A stretch of 64,000 nucleotides of DNA, taken from NCBI GenBank assembly GCA_018675685.1, contig JABGXP010000012.1, forward strand, positions 11,596 through 75,595, given 5' to 3'. Of this stretch, positions 39,676 through 48,973 are shown piece by piece. Position 1 is the first letter of the stretch; each line of letters starts with the position of its first letter. The position numbers were made by a program, and so were the translations under genes. The notes under the pieces were generated by a model. That model saw only the letters and a program-made list of their open reading frames with translations, did not search any database and had not been told where the DNA came from. The DNA comes from a bacterium (lineage in GTDB: Bacteria; Patescibacteriota; Minisyncoccia; Moranbacterales; DUUL01).

Positions 39676-41067
39676 ATGATCACAATGGATAGTGGGAAAA
39701 AAAGAAGACAAAATAGATTTCTGATAAAGTTTTGGGTTGTAGCAATCCTTTCTCTTACAGCATGGTATTCCTTTTTGCAATTGCAAGACAAGAAGTTTAC
39801 TTCAATAGCAAAGGTAGCAAATTCAGTAGTGAAAATATTGCCAGTAGACCAAGAGCGAAAAGAGGAGTTGAATATAATCTTTGGTATAATTCCAGAAATT
39901 GCGAACGAAGAAGAGAAGACCTTCCTAATTCTATTTCAAAACAACAATGAGTTGCGACCAGGAGGAGGATACATTGGTGCTTTTGGAATTTTGAAGATTA
40001 AGGGAGAGAAGGTTATTGCGATTGATACACATGACACGAATGTTTTTGATTCTGGAATCAGTACAAAAATAGAGCCACCATTTCCAATGAAAGATTATTT
40101 AAAAGTCTCTGATTGGGAACTAAGAGACTCAAACTGGTCTCCAGACTTTGCAACGAATGCTGAAAAAGCCGAAGAACTATATCAAATTGAAGGAGGGGAA
40201 GAAGAACTTTCAGGTGTTGTTGCTATTTCGACAAAATTACTACCATCCTTTCTGGAGATCACCGGTCCTGTCTCAATTCCTGGTTTTCCAGGTGAATACA
40301 ATTCGGACAACGCGATCGAAAAACTTCAATTTCAAGTTGAAAAAGGATATGTGGAACAGGGAATCGCACAGGGCAAACGAAAATATATAATGAAAGATTT
40401 GGCAAAAGCTATTCTATTAAAAGCCCAAGAAGGAAGTCTTTCAGACAAGAAAGCGCTAGTTGCAAAAATGGAAAAACATTTGAATGAAAAAGACGTAATG
40501 ATTAATTTCAAGGACACAAAGCTCCAAGAAAAGATCAAAAAATTGGGCTGGAATGGTGAATTAAAAAAATCCGAGCAAGACTACCTAATGATGGTTGATG
40601 CGAATATGGCTTCCTATAAAACTGATCAGGTGATCAAGAGGTCTTTTGAATATACAGCCGATTTTTCACGCGAGAAACCAAGAGCAACGTTGGATATTAA
40701 ATATCGTCACAATGGAAGATTGAGGAATTGGTATATAAAAGATTATAAGTCTTATCTGCGAATTTTTGTGCCAGACGGTAGTTGGCTAGCAAACTCAGAG
40801 AATCTCACAGATGTTCAATATGGATCAGAACAAGACAAAAAATTCTTTGGTGGAATTATCAATGTTCCGGTTGGAACAATCAAGACAGTTTCATTTAGTT
40901 ATGATTTGCCAGACAATGTAACATTTGAAAATTACAAGATTTTGATACAAAAGCAATCAGGAATTGATCTTGTTAAGGGAAAGATTAAACTTATTGATGA
41001 AAACGGAAAGGGAAGTGGATACTCAGTTGAACTGAAAGAGGATTGGGAAATTGAAAAAGAAGGATAG
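39676..41067 (+). CDS. DUF4012-like protein
   Basis: FQNNNELRPGGGYIG, RDSNWSPDF, YLRIFVP. Confidence 0.8.
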   Translation: MITMDSGKKRRQNRFLIKFWVVAILSLTAWYSFLQLQDKKFTSIAKVANSVVKILPVDQERKEELNIIFGIIPEIANEEEKTFLILFQNNNELRPGGGYIGAFGILKIKGEKVIAIDTHDTNVFDSGISTKIEPPFPMKDYLKVSDWELRDSNWSPDFATNAEKAEELYQIEGGEEELSGVVAISTKLLPSFLEITGPVSIPGFPGEYNSDNAIEKLQFQVEKGYVEQGIAQGKRKYIMKDLAKAILLKAQEGSLSDKKALVAKMEKHLNEKDVMINFKDTKLQEKIKKLGWNGELKKSEQDYLMMVDANMASYKTDQVIKRSFEYTADFSREKPRATLDIKYRHNGRLRNWYIKDYKSYLRIFVPDGSWLANSENLTDVQYGSEQDKKFFGGIINVPVGTIKTVSFSYDLPDNVTFENYKILIQKQSGIDLVKGKIKLIDENGKGSGYSVELKEDWEIEKEG

Positions 41068-41082
41068 AGCTTCGCAAAAAGT

Positions 41083-41124
41083 AAAAGAAGGTACCCCGAT
41101 TTAAATTGGAGTATCTTCTTTTTT
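41083..41124 (+). terminator. Terminator
   Basis: AAAAGAAGGTAC...GTATCTTCTTTTTT. Confidence 0.6.
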
Positions 41125-41250
41125 AATTAAAGTAATAACAAAAGAGACAATTGAACATGAAGATTCCTGACAATCTTTTAAAAATGGATCTAGCATGCTA
41201 AAATTGATTTACTAAGGTTAAATTCTTAATTGAGTAAATTCACTAAATCA

Positions 41251-41802
41251 ATGGATTTTATAAAAACAAAGCTGGCAGGTTCTTTTCTGATTGAACCAAA
41301 AACATTTGAAGATCAAAGAGGATTTTTTCTAGAATCATACTCCAAGAAAATATTCGAAGAAAATGGAATTAACGATGATTTTATTCAAGATAACCATTCA
41401 CTATCTGTGGAAAAAGGTGTTTTGCGAGGGTTGCACTTTCAACTTTCTCCCAATGCACAATCAAAACTTGTGAGAGTTGTGGCAGGAAGCGTTTTTGACG
41501 TAATTGTGGACCTGCGAAAGGACTCAAAAACTTTTGGGCAGTGGCAGGGGTTTGAACTTTCTGCAAAAAACAAAAAAATGCTTTATGTTCCAAGGGGCTT
41601 TGCTCATGCCTTTTGTACGCTTGAGGAGAACACGGAGTTTGTATATAAAGTGGATAATTTCTACGCTCCAGAATCTGATAGTGGCATTATCTGGAATGAT
41701 CGGACTCTTGCGATTGATTGGCCAATTGAGGGAGAACCCGTTATCTCAGAGAAAGACGGGAAGCTACAAACATTTGAGGAGTTTAAGGCTCTCATGAAAT
41801 AA
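41251..41802 (+). CDS. rmlC: dTDP-4-dehydrorhamnose 3,5-epimerase
   Basis: DQRGFF, QDNHS, LRGLHFQ, GFAHAF. Confidence 0.96.
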   Translation: MDFIKTKLAGSFLIEPKTFEDQRGFFLESYSKKIFEENGINDDFIQDNHSLSVEKGVLRGLHFQLSPNAQSKLVRVVAGSVFDVIVDLRKDSKTFGQWQGFELSAKNKKMLYVPRGFAHAFCTLEENTEFVYKVDNFYAPESDSGIIWNDRTLAIDWPIEGEPVISEKDGKLQTFEEFKALMK

Positions 41803-41825
41803 TATAAGTTGTAATAAGATAAGCT

Positions 41826-42836
41826 ATGAAAATTTTAGTTACAGGCGGTGCTGGATTTATTGGTGCTAATTTCGTTCATTATTGGCTTGAAAATAATATT
41901 GGAGATAAGATTGTAAATCTTGATGCATTGACATATGCAGGAAATCTAGAAAGTCTGAAGGATTTAACTGGAAATAAGGATTATGAATTTGTGAAAGGAG
42001 ATATTTGTGATGAAGAATTTATCGACAAACTTTTCAAAGAACAAAAGTTTGATTTAGTGGTGCATTTCGCCGCAGAGTCACATGTCGATCGTTCAGTTTT
42101 AAGCAGTAAAGATTTTGTTATCACAAACGTTGAAGGAACAATGAACCTTCTTGATGCAGCAAAAAACAATGGGAATGTCAGATTTCACCATGTCTCGACA
42201 GATGAAGTTTTTGGTTCATTGGGAGAAAAAGATAAACCATTCAACGAGAAGACACCATACGACCCAAGGAGTCCCTATGCAGCTTCAAAAGCATCATCAG
42301 ATCATCTTGTCAGAGCATATTTTCACACGCACAAACTACCAATTACAATTTCGAACTGTTCCAATAATTACGGACCATACCAATTCCCTGAGAAATTAAT
42401 TCCCCTGTTTGTGACTAATTTGATTGAGGATAAAAAAATTCCAGTCTATGGGACCGGTGAGGCTATCAGAGATTGGATTCATGTGGACGATCACAATAGA
42501 GGAGTCGAGATGATCATTAAAAAAGGGGTAATTGGCGAAACTTACTGTCTTGGAGGCTCATCTGAAAAACAAAACATTGAAATAACAGAAAGAATTCTCA
42601 AACTTATGGGAAAGGGAAGTGAGATGATTGAGTACGTTGAAGACAGAAAGGGGCATGATTTAAGATATGCAATCGATTTTTCGAAAGCAACGACAGAGCT
42701 TGGATGGAGTCCAGTAATTGATTTTGACAAGGGATTGGAAGCCACAGCGCAGTGGTATAAGGAAAATCAAGATTGGTGGAAAAAGATTAAATCAGGGGAA
42801 TACAAGGAGTATTATAAAAAACAATATCAAAAATAA
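41826..42836 (+). CDS. rmlB: dTDP-glucose 4,6-dehydratase
   Basis: GGAGFIG, AAESHVDRS, STDEV, YAASK, NNYGPYQFPEK. Confidence 0.97.
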   Translation: MKILVTGGAGFIGANFVHYWLENNIGDKIVNLDALTYAGNLESLKDLTGNKDYEFVKGDICDEEFIDKLFKEQKFDLVVHFAAESHVDRSVLSSKDFVITNVEGTMNLLDAAKNNGNVRFHHVSTDEVFGSLGEKDKPFNEKTPYDPRSPYAASKASSDHLVRAYFHTHKLPITISNCSNNYGPYQFPEKLIPLFVTNLIEDKKIPVYGTGEAIRDWIHVDDHNRGVEMIIKKGVIGETYCLGGSSEKQNIEITERILKLMGKGSEMIEYVEDRKGHDLRYAIDFSKATTELGWSPVIDFDKGLEATAQWYKENQDWWKKIKSGEYKEYYKKQYQK

Positions 42837-42838
42837 AA

Positions 42839-43540
42839 ATGCGAAGAAAAATTCTGCTTGGTCTTACGACAACTACAAATAGTGATTGGAGGAAAAAGAT
42901 AGCGGACATCCATAAGTTTGATTTGCATGAAATTGCACTTTTTTTGACAGGAGTGAGCAAGTTTGAAAGAGATGAAATCTATCGGAAGTTGGAACGTAGT
43001 CAAATTGAGAAAATTCCACATGTGCATCTAAGGGATGATTTCGGTGAAATTGAGCTGGACTATCTTGTCGAGCGATTTGGCGTTGAATATTTCAATATAC
43101 ATGCCAGGGGGAATTGCAAACATTTTTTGAAAATGGAGAAACATCTAGACAAGATGTACATTGAGAATTCCCCAACTATGTCCAAAAAGAACTTTGAGGT
43201 ATATCTAAGTAAGAGCGCTGGAGTCTGCGTCGATTTTTCGCATTGGGAAAGTTTCAAACGAAAGTTTCCTCACAAGAAATATGGTGATTTTATGCAGGTT
43301 TTGAAAACTCACAAGATTGGCTGTTGTCATGTTTCTGGGGTTAAAATCGAACCTTTTATTGTTGATTACACTAAGAGTTTTTCAGTGCACTTCTTAGATG
43401 ATCTATTCGAATTAGATTATATGAAAAAATACGTTGAATATTTGCCAAAATACGTGAGCTTGGAGTTGGAGAATTCATTTGAGCAGCAATTACAAGCGAA
43501 AAAATATTTGGAAAAAATAATTCGCGAGCATAAAGAATAA
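42839..43540 (+). CDS. Hypothetical protein, possible metal-binding TIM barrel
   Basis: HVH, IEN, DFSH, CHVS, SLELEN spacing resembles xylose-isomerase/AP-endonuclease-like barrels. Confidence 0.55.
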   Translation: MRRKILLGLTTTTNSDWRKKIADIHKFDLHEIALFLTGVSKFERDEIYRKLERSQIEKIPHVHLRDDFGEIELDYLVERFGVEYFNIHARGNCKHFLKMEKHLDKMYIENSPTMSKKNFEVYLSKSAGVCVDFSHWESFKRKFPHKKYGDFMQVLKTHKIGCCHVSGVKIEPFIVDYTKSFSVHFLDDLFELDYMKKYVEYLPKYVSLELENSFEQQLQAKKYLEKIIREHKE

Positions 43541-43549
43541 CCTAAAATA

Positions 43550-44419
43550 ATGAAAAAGAAAGTTTTGATTCTAGGAGCGAAAGGAATGCTTGGAAAGGAG
43601 CTTGTAAAAGTTTTTTATCGTGATGGTAACTATGATGTACAGGCTTGGGATAAAGAGAATCTTGATTTGTTAAACAAGAGAGCTGTAAAAGACAATATCA
43701 CTCTTGCTAAGCCAGATTTGATTATCAATTGTGTGGCTTTTAACGATGTCGATGCGGCAGAGAAAGACGAAAAAGCTTTTATAATGGCTAAGGAGCTGAA
43801 CGGTGAAGTGCCAGGGTTTCTTGCAGAACTCGCAAAGGGACTTGATGCAACTTTTATCCAGTTTGTGACAGATTATATTTTCGATGGAGAGAAAGGTGAA
43901 TACACGGAAGATGATAAGACAAGCCCAATTTCAAACTATGGGATTTCGAAAGTGTTAGGGGAAAAAAACGTGAAAGCAGTTGGAGAAAAATTCTATCTAG
44001 TGAGAATTTCAAAACTTTTTGGTAATCCTGGGATTTCAGATGAGGCAAAAAAAAGTTTCTTTTCTATTATGCTTGAGCTTGCAAGAGATCGAAATGAGTT
44101 GAAGGTGGTAGATGATGAAAGATCTTGTTTTACATACGTTGTTGATCTAGCAGAGGCAACAAAGAAGCTGTTTGAAAAAAAATATGCATATGGAATCTAC
44201 CATTTAGTAAACGAAAAACCGGTGACTTGGTATAAAGGAGTTTTGAAACTCTTTGAAATTGCAAAAATAAAAAACGTTAAAGTGTTTCCAGTTGGTGCTG
44301 ATGAATTTCCACGACCAGCCAAAAGAGCATCCTCAACGGTGCTTGTAAATACTAAATTTCCAAAGCTAAGAAGCTATGAGGAAGCAATAAAAGAATGGCT
44401 AGCAGAAAAAGGAGACTAA
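43550..44419 (+). CDS. rmlD: dTDP-4-dehydrorhamnose reductase
   Basis: GAKGMLG, TDYIFDG, YGISK, FPRPAKR. Confidence 0.92.
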   Translation: MKKKVLILGAKGMLGKELVKVFYRDGNYDVQAWDKENLDLLNKRAVKDNITLAKPDLIINCVAFNDVDAAEKDEKAFIMAKELNGEVPGFLAELAKGLDATFIQFVTDYIFDGEKGEYTEDDKTSPISNYGISKVLGEKNVKAVGEKFYLVRISKLFGNPGISDEAKKSFFSIMLELARDRNELKVVDDERSCFTYVVDLAEATKKLFEKKYAYGIYHLVNEKPVTWYKGVLKLFEIAKIKNVKVFPVGADEFPRPAKRASSTVLVNTKFPKLRSYEEAIKEWLAEKGD

Positions 44420-44450
44420 AAAGAATATTTTTAAAAAAGGAAAATCTAAA

Positions 44451-45497
44451 ATGGGGAAGTTGAAGTTATTCGTATTATTCCTACTGTTTTGTGTGTTAGC
44501 TTTTTTAAGTTGGCGTATTTTCTATGAATTTCCTGATGAGTGGTCAATTTCAAGTGAAAAAAAATTGCCAATTGTTTATTCAGATAACTATGATATTACT
44601 TTATTTGGTTTGCAGAAATTACACTCTTTTGATTCTCAGAAATATAGTAAGATAGCAACTTATTTAACAGAAAGAGTGGGAATTTCAAAAGAAAAATTCC
44701 ATGCTCCCAAGAAAATTGGAGATGATGATTTGTTGTTAGTGCACACACAGAAATATTTAGACTCTTTGCACAATCCAGCTGTAGTTGCTGGAATAGCAGA
44801 ACTCGGGGTGTTGGCAAAAATGCCAGACTTTGTCTTACAAGAAAGATTACTTGATTCTTTGCGCTTTGCTACAAATGGAACTGTCTTGGCTGCAGAGCTT
44901 GCAATGGAAGAAGGTTGGGCAATTAATCTTGCAGGTGGATACCACCATGCAAAAGCTGATAGTGGGGGAGGATTTGGTTTCTTTGCAGATGTTCCGATAG
45001 CAATCAAGAAGCAGCAAGAGAAAAACCCAAAATTGAAAGTTTTAATTATTGATTTCGATGCACATCAAGGAAATGGAAATGAAATGATCTTCTCAGACGA
45101 CAGAAGAATTTTTATTCTAGATATATATAACCGAAATAATTACCCGCAAGACGAAGAAGCAAAGAAATATATTGATTTTGATCGACCGATAGGAAGCCTG
45201 GGCAGTGACGAATATTTGGACGTAGTGTTGGAGTCTTTACCTTTGGCTATAAAAAATGCTCAACCTGGTTTGATTGTGTACAATTCAGGGAGTGATGCTT
45301 TATTGGGAGATTCTCTCGGGAAAATGAATTTAACAAGAGAGGGTCTTATCAAAAGAGATGAGCTTGTTTTTGAATATGCCCTTAAGAGTAAGATTCCCAT
45401 TTTGATGGTGCTTTCTGGCGGGTATTCTCCAGCAAGTGCAGGGGTTATCGGGGAATCAATTGAAAATATTTTAAAAAATAGGATCAAGGTGGATTGA
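44451..45497 (+). CDS. Zn-dependent histone deacetylase family protein, class IV (HDAC11)-like, with N-terminal TM/signal
   Basis: PIVYSDNYDITLFGLQKLHSFD, GWAINLAGGYHHA, DFDAHQGNG, SGGY. Confidence 0.88.
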   Translation: MGKLKLFVLFLLFCVLAFLSWRIFYEFPDEWSISSEKKLPIVYSDNYDITLFGLQKLHSFDSQKYSKIATYLTERVGISKEKFHAPKKIGDDDLLLVHTQKYLDSLHNPAVVAGIAELGVLAKMPDFVLQERLLDSLRFATNGTVLAAELAMEEGWAINLAGGYHHAKADSGGGFGFFADVPIAIKKQQEKNPKLKVLIIDFDAHQGNGNEMIFSDDRRIFILDIYNRNNYPQDEEAKKYIDFDRPIGSLGSDEYLDVVLESLPLAIKNAQPGLIVYNSGSDALLGDSLGKMNLTREGLIKRDELVFEYALKSKIPILMVLSGGYSPASAGVIGESIENILKNRIKVD

Positions 45498-45595
45498 ACT
45501 TTTTAAATCTTGACAAAATAACTAAAAGATGTCATACTTTAAACAGTTCTAGTCAGAATATTTAAAGAATAATCAGAAAAAAGGAGTAGGAAGCC

Positions 45596-45973
45596 GTGTT
45601 TGATATAAATGAGATTGAAAGAAGAGCAACTGTAGCTAAGAAAAAGCTACTGGCAGGCATCAAAGCTTCTTTTGCAAAAAGAGAATATGAAAAGATCTTT
45701 GGGAGAGGACTCATCGACTCTTATTCGCAAAAAACTTTAATAAAAAGCTTTTCCTTTTTGTATGAAAATGAACTTAAGATGCCCACAATCAAAACCACAG
45801 GGAAGGGTAAGTATGTTATGTTGGGATTTTTCCTTCTGCAAACAGAGAAAAATTTCTTAACTGATCAAGAGCTTATTGATTTAAGAAGAGCAGGTTTCTT
45901 AGAAGAGCTTCTGGTAAAAGACTTAAGCCAAGAAGACGCTATCAATAAAGTTTTTAAAAAATATTCAAAATAA
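45596..45973 (+). CDS. Orphan hypothetical protein (standalone unit)
   Basis: Promoter TTGACA-17-CATACT 45510-45538; SD AAGGAG 45581-45586; GTG start; terminator 45990-46028. Confidence 0.7.
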   Translation: MFDINEIERRATVAKKKLLAGIKASFAKREYEKIFGRGLIDSYSQKTLIKSFSFLYENELKMPTIKTTGKGKYVMLGFFLLQTEKNFLTDQELIDLRRAGFLEELLVKDLSQEDAINKVFKKYSK

Positions 45974-45989
45974 AGAAAGTTAACGTTTA

Positions 45990-46028
45990 AGAGGTCTTGT
46001 AAAAATTTTACAAGACCTCTGTTTTTTT
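45990..46028 (+). terminator. Terminator
   Basis: AGAGGTCTTGTAAAA-a-TTTTACAAGACCTCT followed by T-run. Confidence 0.8.
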
Positions 46029-46176
46029 ATTAAACATTAGTTTAAAGGAAAAGTCTCAAAAAGAAGGAGTCTACCCTGATTTTTCTTAGGGTTTCAGTTG
46101 ACAAACAAAAATAAAAGTGCGACGATAATTTTGGTTTTAGTTGGAGAAAATCAAAAGTAAAAAAAGGGGACATGTA

Positions 46177-46572
46177 ATGAGAGAAAAAGTGGTGCACCAA
46201 CTCTGTTCTAATGGGAGACAGGCAAGAGAGGCTTTGCTTGAAAAAATGCAAAGAAGTTACAAGGATGCTTCATTGAAAAGATTTTTTTCTTTCCATGACG
46301 ATAAATTATTTTACAGCAACTTTTCTTTTCTCTTGGAAGTTGAAGCAAACTGCATTTCTGCTACCAATGATATTGTGATGGTGGGAATGATCTTTTTTCA
46401 CAAAGCCGAAGAGCTGATTTCAAAAGTTCAGGCTGACTCAATCAAAAGAGAAGCTCGTCTAAAAGAGTTGAGTTTTCCTTTTGAAAAAGCAACATTCATC
46501 TCACCATCAAGAAAGGATTCGAGTTCAGCGATTTTGAAGCAAATATTTGCGGAGTATCCAGATGGAGATTAA
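46177..46572 (+). CDS. Orphan hypothetical protein (standalone unit)
   Basis: TTGACA at 46098; AAGGGGA before ATG 46177; terminator 46592-46628. Confidence 0.62.
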   Translation: MREKVVHQLCSNGRQAREALLEKMQRSYKDASLKRFFSFHDDKLFYSNFSFLLEVEANCISATNDIVMVGMIFFHKAEELISKVQADSIKREARLKELSFPFEKATFISPSRKDSSSAILKQIFAEYPDGD

Positions 46573-46591
46573 TCCTTCGACCAAACAAAAT

Positions 46592-46628
46592 AAAAGTCTC
46601 TTTTCAATAACATTGGAAAGAGACTTTT
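46592..46628 (+). terminator. Terminator
   Basis: AAAAGTCTCTTT...AAAGAGACTTTT. Confidence 0.7.
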
Positions 46629-46744
46629 AAATTAAGCAGTTGCTTGAATATTTCCTGTCAGAATGCTAAAATTCAATTGAAACAAAGCAGTTTCATCTTT
46701 TTTAGAAAAAGAAACTGTTTTTATAAGTATAAAAAAATAGTTAA

Positions 46745-47692
46745 ATGAATGTAAAACAGATTTATAAACTTGCTGTGAAGATTGGAATGGAAAATGATTT
46801 TCGGACCAAGACAGAGATGGTAGATCACCTCAAGAGGGAGCAAGAAAAATTTAAAGGCTTATCAAAAGAAGAAAAGATATATTTTGACCAAGAAAAACTG
46901 ACAAACCCATATGCTGATTCAAGAATCCATCATGATAATGGGAAAGAGGTGATCAAAAAAGTTCTTGTTGGAATAGATTTGACGATGGGCGGAGTGATGC
47001 TCGCGAAGGAATTAGGGGTTGATTTAATTATCAACCATCATCCGATCGGGGATGCGCTAGCAAATCTAGATGATGTGATGAACTTGCAAGTTGATATGAT
47101 GGAAAAATTTGGAGTTCCTGTGAATATTGCTGAAAAACTAATTCATAAGAGAATCTCCGAGGTTGCAAGAGGGATTAATCCTTCAAATCATAATGTTACA
47201 ATCGATGCCGCAAAGCTAATGGACATTAATTTGATTAACATTCACACCCCAGCCGATAACTGTGTCGCACAATTCATTGTTAAGAAGGTAGGGGAGGCAA
47301 AGCCTAGATATGTGAAAGATGTTTTGAAAGTGCTAAATTCAGTAGAAGAATATAAAATAGCAAGAAAAAGCGGGGTTGGACCAACACTCTTCGTTGGAAA
47401 CCCGAATAATCGTTGTGGAAAGGTTGTTCCTTCAGAAATAACAGGGGGGACAGAAGGTGCAAAAGAAATCTATGCTGCCATGGCAAACGTTGGAATAGGG
47501 ACGATCATTGGAATGCATCAGAGTGAGGCACATCGAAAAGAAGCAGAGAAAGCCCATGTGAATGTTGTGATTGCAGGGCATATTTCCTCGGATTCGATTG
47601 GAATGAATATCATCTTAGATGAATTAGAGAAGGAGAGAATTGAAATCATTCCTTTCTCAGGTTTAACAAGGATTTCGAGAATTAAAAAATAA
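46745..47692 (+). CDS. NIF3/YbgI-like dinuclear metal-centre protein
   Basis: NPYADSR, INHHP, IHTPADN, GMH, AGHISSDSIG. Confidence 0.82.
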   Translation: MNVKQIYKLAVKIGMENDFRTKTEMVDHLKREQEKFKGLSKEEKIYFDQEKLTNPYADSRIHHDNGKEVIKKVLVGIDLTMGGVMLAKELGVDLIINHHPIGDALANLDDVMNLQVDMMEKFGVPVNIAEKLIHKRISEVARGINPSNHNVTIDAAKLMDINLINIHTPADNCVAQFIVKKVGEAKPRYVKDVLKVLNSVEEYKIARKSGVGPTLFVGNPNNRCGKVVPSEITGGTEGAKEIYAAMANVGIGTIIGMHQSEAHRKEAEKAHVNVVIAGHISSDSIGMNIILDELEKERIEIIPFSGLTRISRIKK

Positions 47693-47699
47693 AAAATAG

Positions 47700-48971
47700 A
47701 TGAAATATACAAAGCATATCTTGAAAAATGGTACAAGGGTTATCATCACTCCGATGGTCAGCGTCCAAACTGTGACAATCCAAGTGTTAGTAGAGGCTGG
47801 TTCCAAATATGAAACCAGAAAGAATAATGGCATCTCACATTTTCTTGAGCATATGATGTTCAAAGGAACAGAGAAGCGACCAACAACTAAGGATATTACT
47901 GAAGAAATGGATAATGTTGGCGGTGAATACAATGCCTTTACTGGCAAAGAAGAAACGGGATACTGGATAAAAGTCCCTGTTCAACATTTTGAAAAAGCGC
48001 TTGATGTTGTGAGTGATCTATACTTAAATTCAAAGCTTGAACAAAAAGAGATCAACAAAGAAAGAGGTGTAATTTTGCAAGAAGCGGCTATGTATCGTGA
48101 CACGCCAATGCGTCATATTTGGGATGTTTTCGAACACCTTCTTTACGGAGATCAACCGGCTGGCTGGAATATTATCGGGACGAAGGAGAATATTGAAACC
48201 TTGAACAGGAAAGTTTTCAAGGAATATATCGAAACAATGTATCTACCGAAGGCAACTGTGATTTCAATTGCAGGGAATATAAACGAGAAGAAAACACTCA
48301 GACTGATTGAAGAACATTTCAAGACAAAGCCTCAAAGAAAGACTCAAAAGGAGAAGAAAGAAGTGATTGAATTTCAGGATAGACCGAAATTGAAACTGCA
48401 CCACAAGGAAACAGACCAAACACATCTCATTGTTGGCGTTAGAGGTCCAAACATGTTTAATAAGAATAGGTTTGCAGCAGCCCTTTTGGGGATTGTCTTG
48501 GGTGGAGGAATGAGCTCCCGAACTTTTTTGAATATTAGAGAAAAACATGGACTAACTTATTATATAAATTCCTCAGTCGATATGATGACTGATACAGGGT
48601 ATTTATACGTAAGCGCCGGAGTTGAGCATGGCAGACTAGAGGAAGCTATTAAGCTCATATTGAAAGAGTTGAAAAAAATTAGCAAGCAAAAAGTTCCAGA
48701 AAAGGAGCTCCAAAAAGCCAAAGAGTATTTCAAGGGGAAGACCGTTATGTCGCTTGAATCAACGAACTCAGTCGCATCATTCTTCGGAGATCAAGAATTG
48801 TTCAGGAAAGAACTTTCTTCTCCTCAAAAGCTCTTGAAGAAAATTGATGCTGTTAGTGCAGAGGAGATTCAAGCAGTAGCAAAAGAAATTATTGTAAATG
48901 AAAAATTGAACCTTGCTGTGATTGGGCCGCATAAGAATGAAAAACAAATCACTAAACTTCTAAGATTCTAA
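47700..48971 (+). CDS. M16 family zinc peptidase
   Basis: HFLEHMMFKGT (HxxEH), GGGMSSR, IREKHGLTY. Confidence 0.93.
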   Translation: MKYTKHILKNGTRVIITPMVSVQTVTIQVLVEAGSKYETRKNNGISHFLEHMMFKGTEKRPTTKDITEEMDNVGGEYNAFTGKEETGYWIKVPVQHFEKALDVVSDLYLNSKLEQKEINKERGVILQEAAMYRDTPMRHIWDVFEHLLYGDQPAGWNIIGTKENIETLNRKVFKEYIETMYLPKATVISIAGNINEKKTLRLIEEHFKTKPQRKTQKEKKEVIEFQDRPKLKLHHKETDQTHLIVGVRGPNMFNKNRFAAALLGIVLGGGMSSRTFLNIREKHGLTYYINSSVDMMTDTGYLYVSAGVEHGRLEEAIKLILKELKKISKQKVPEKELQKAKEYFKGKTVMSLESTNSVASFFGDQELFRKELSSPQKLLKKIDAVSAEEIQAVAKEIIVNEKLNLAVIGPHKNEKQITKLLRF

Positions 48972-48973
48972 CT

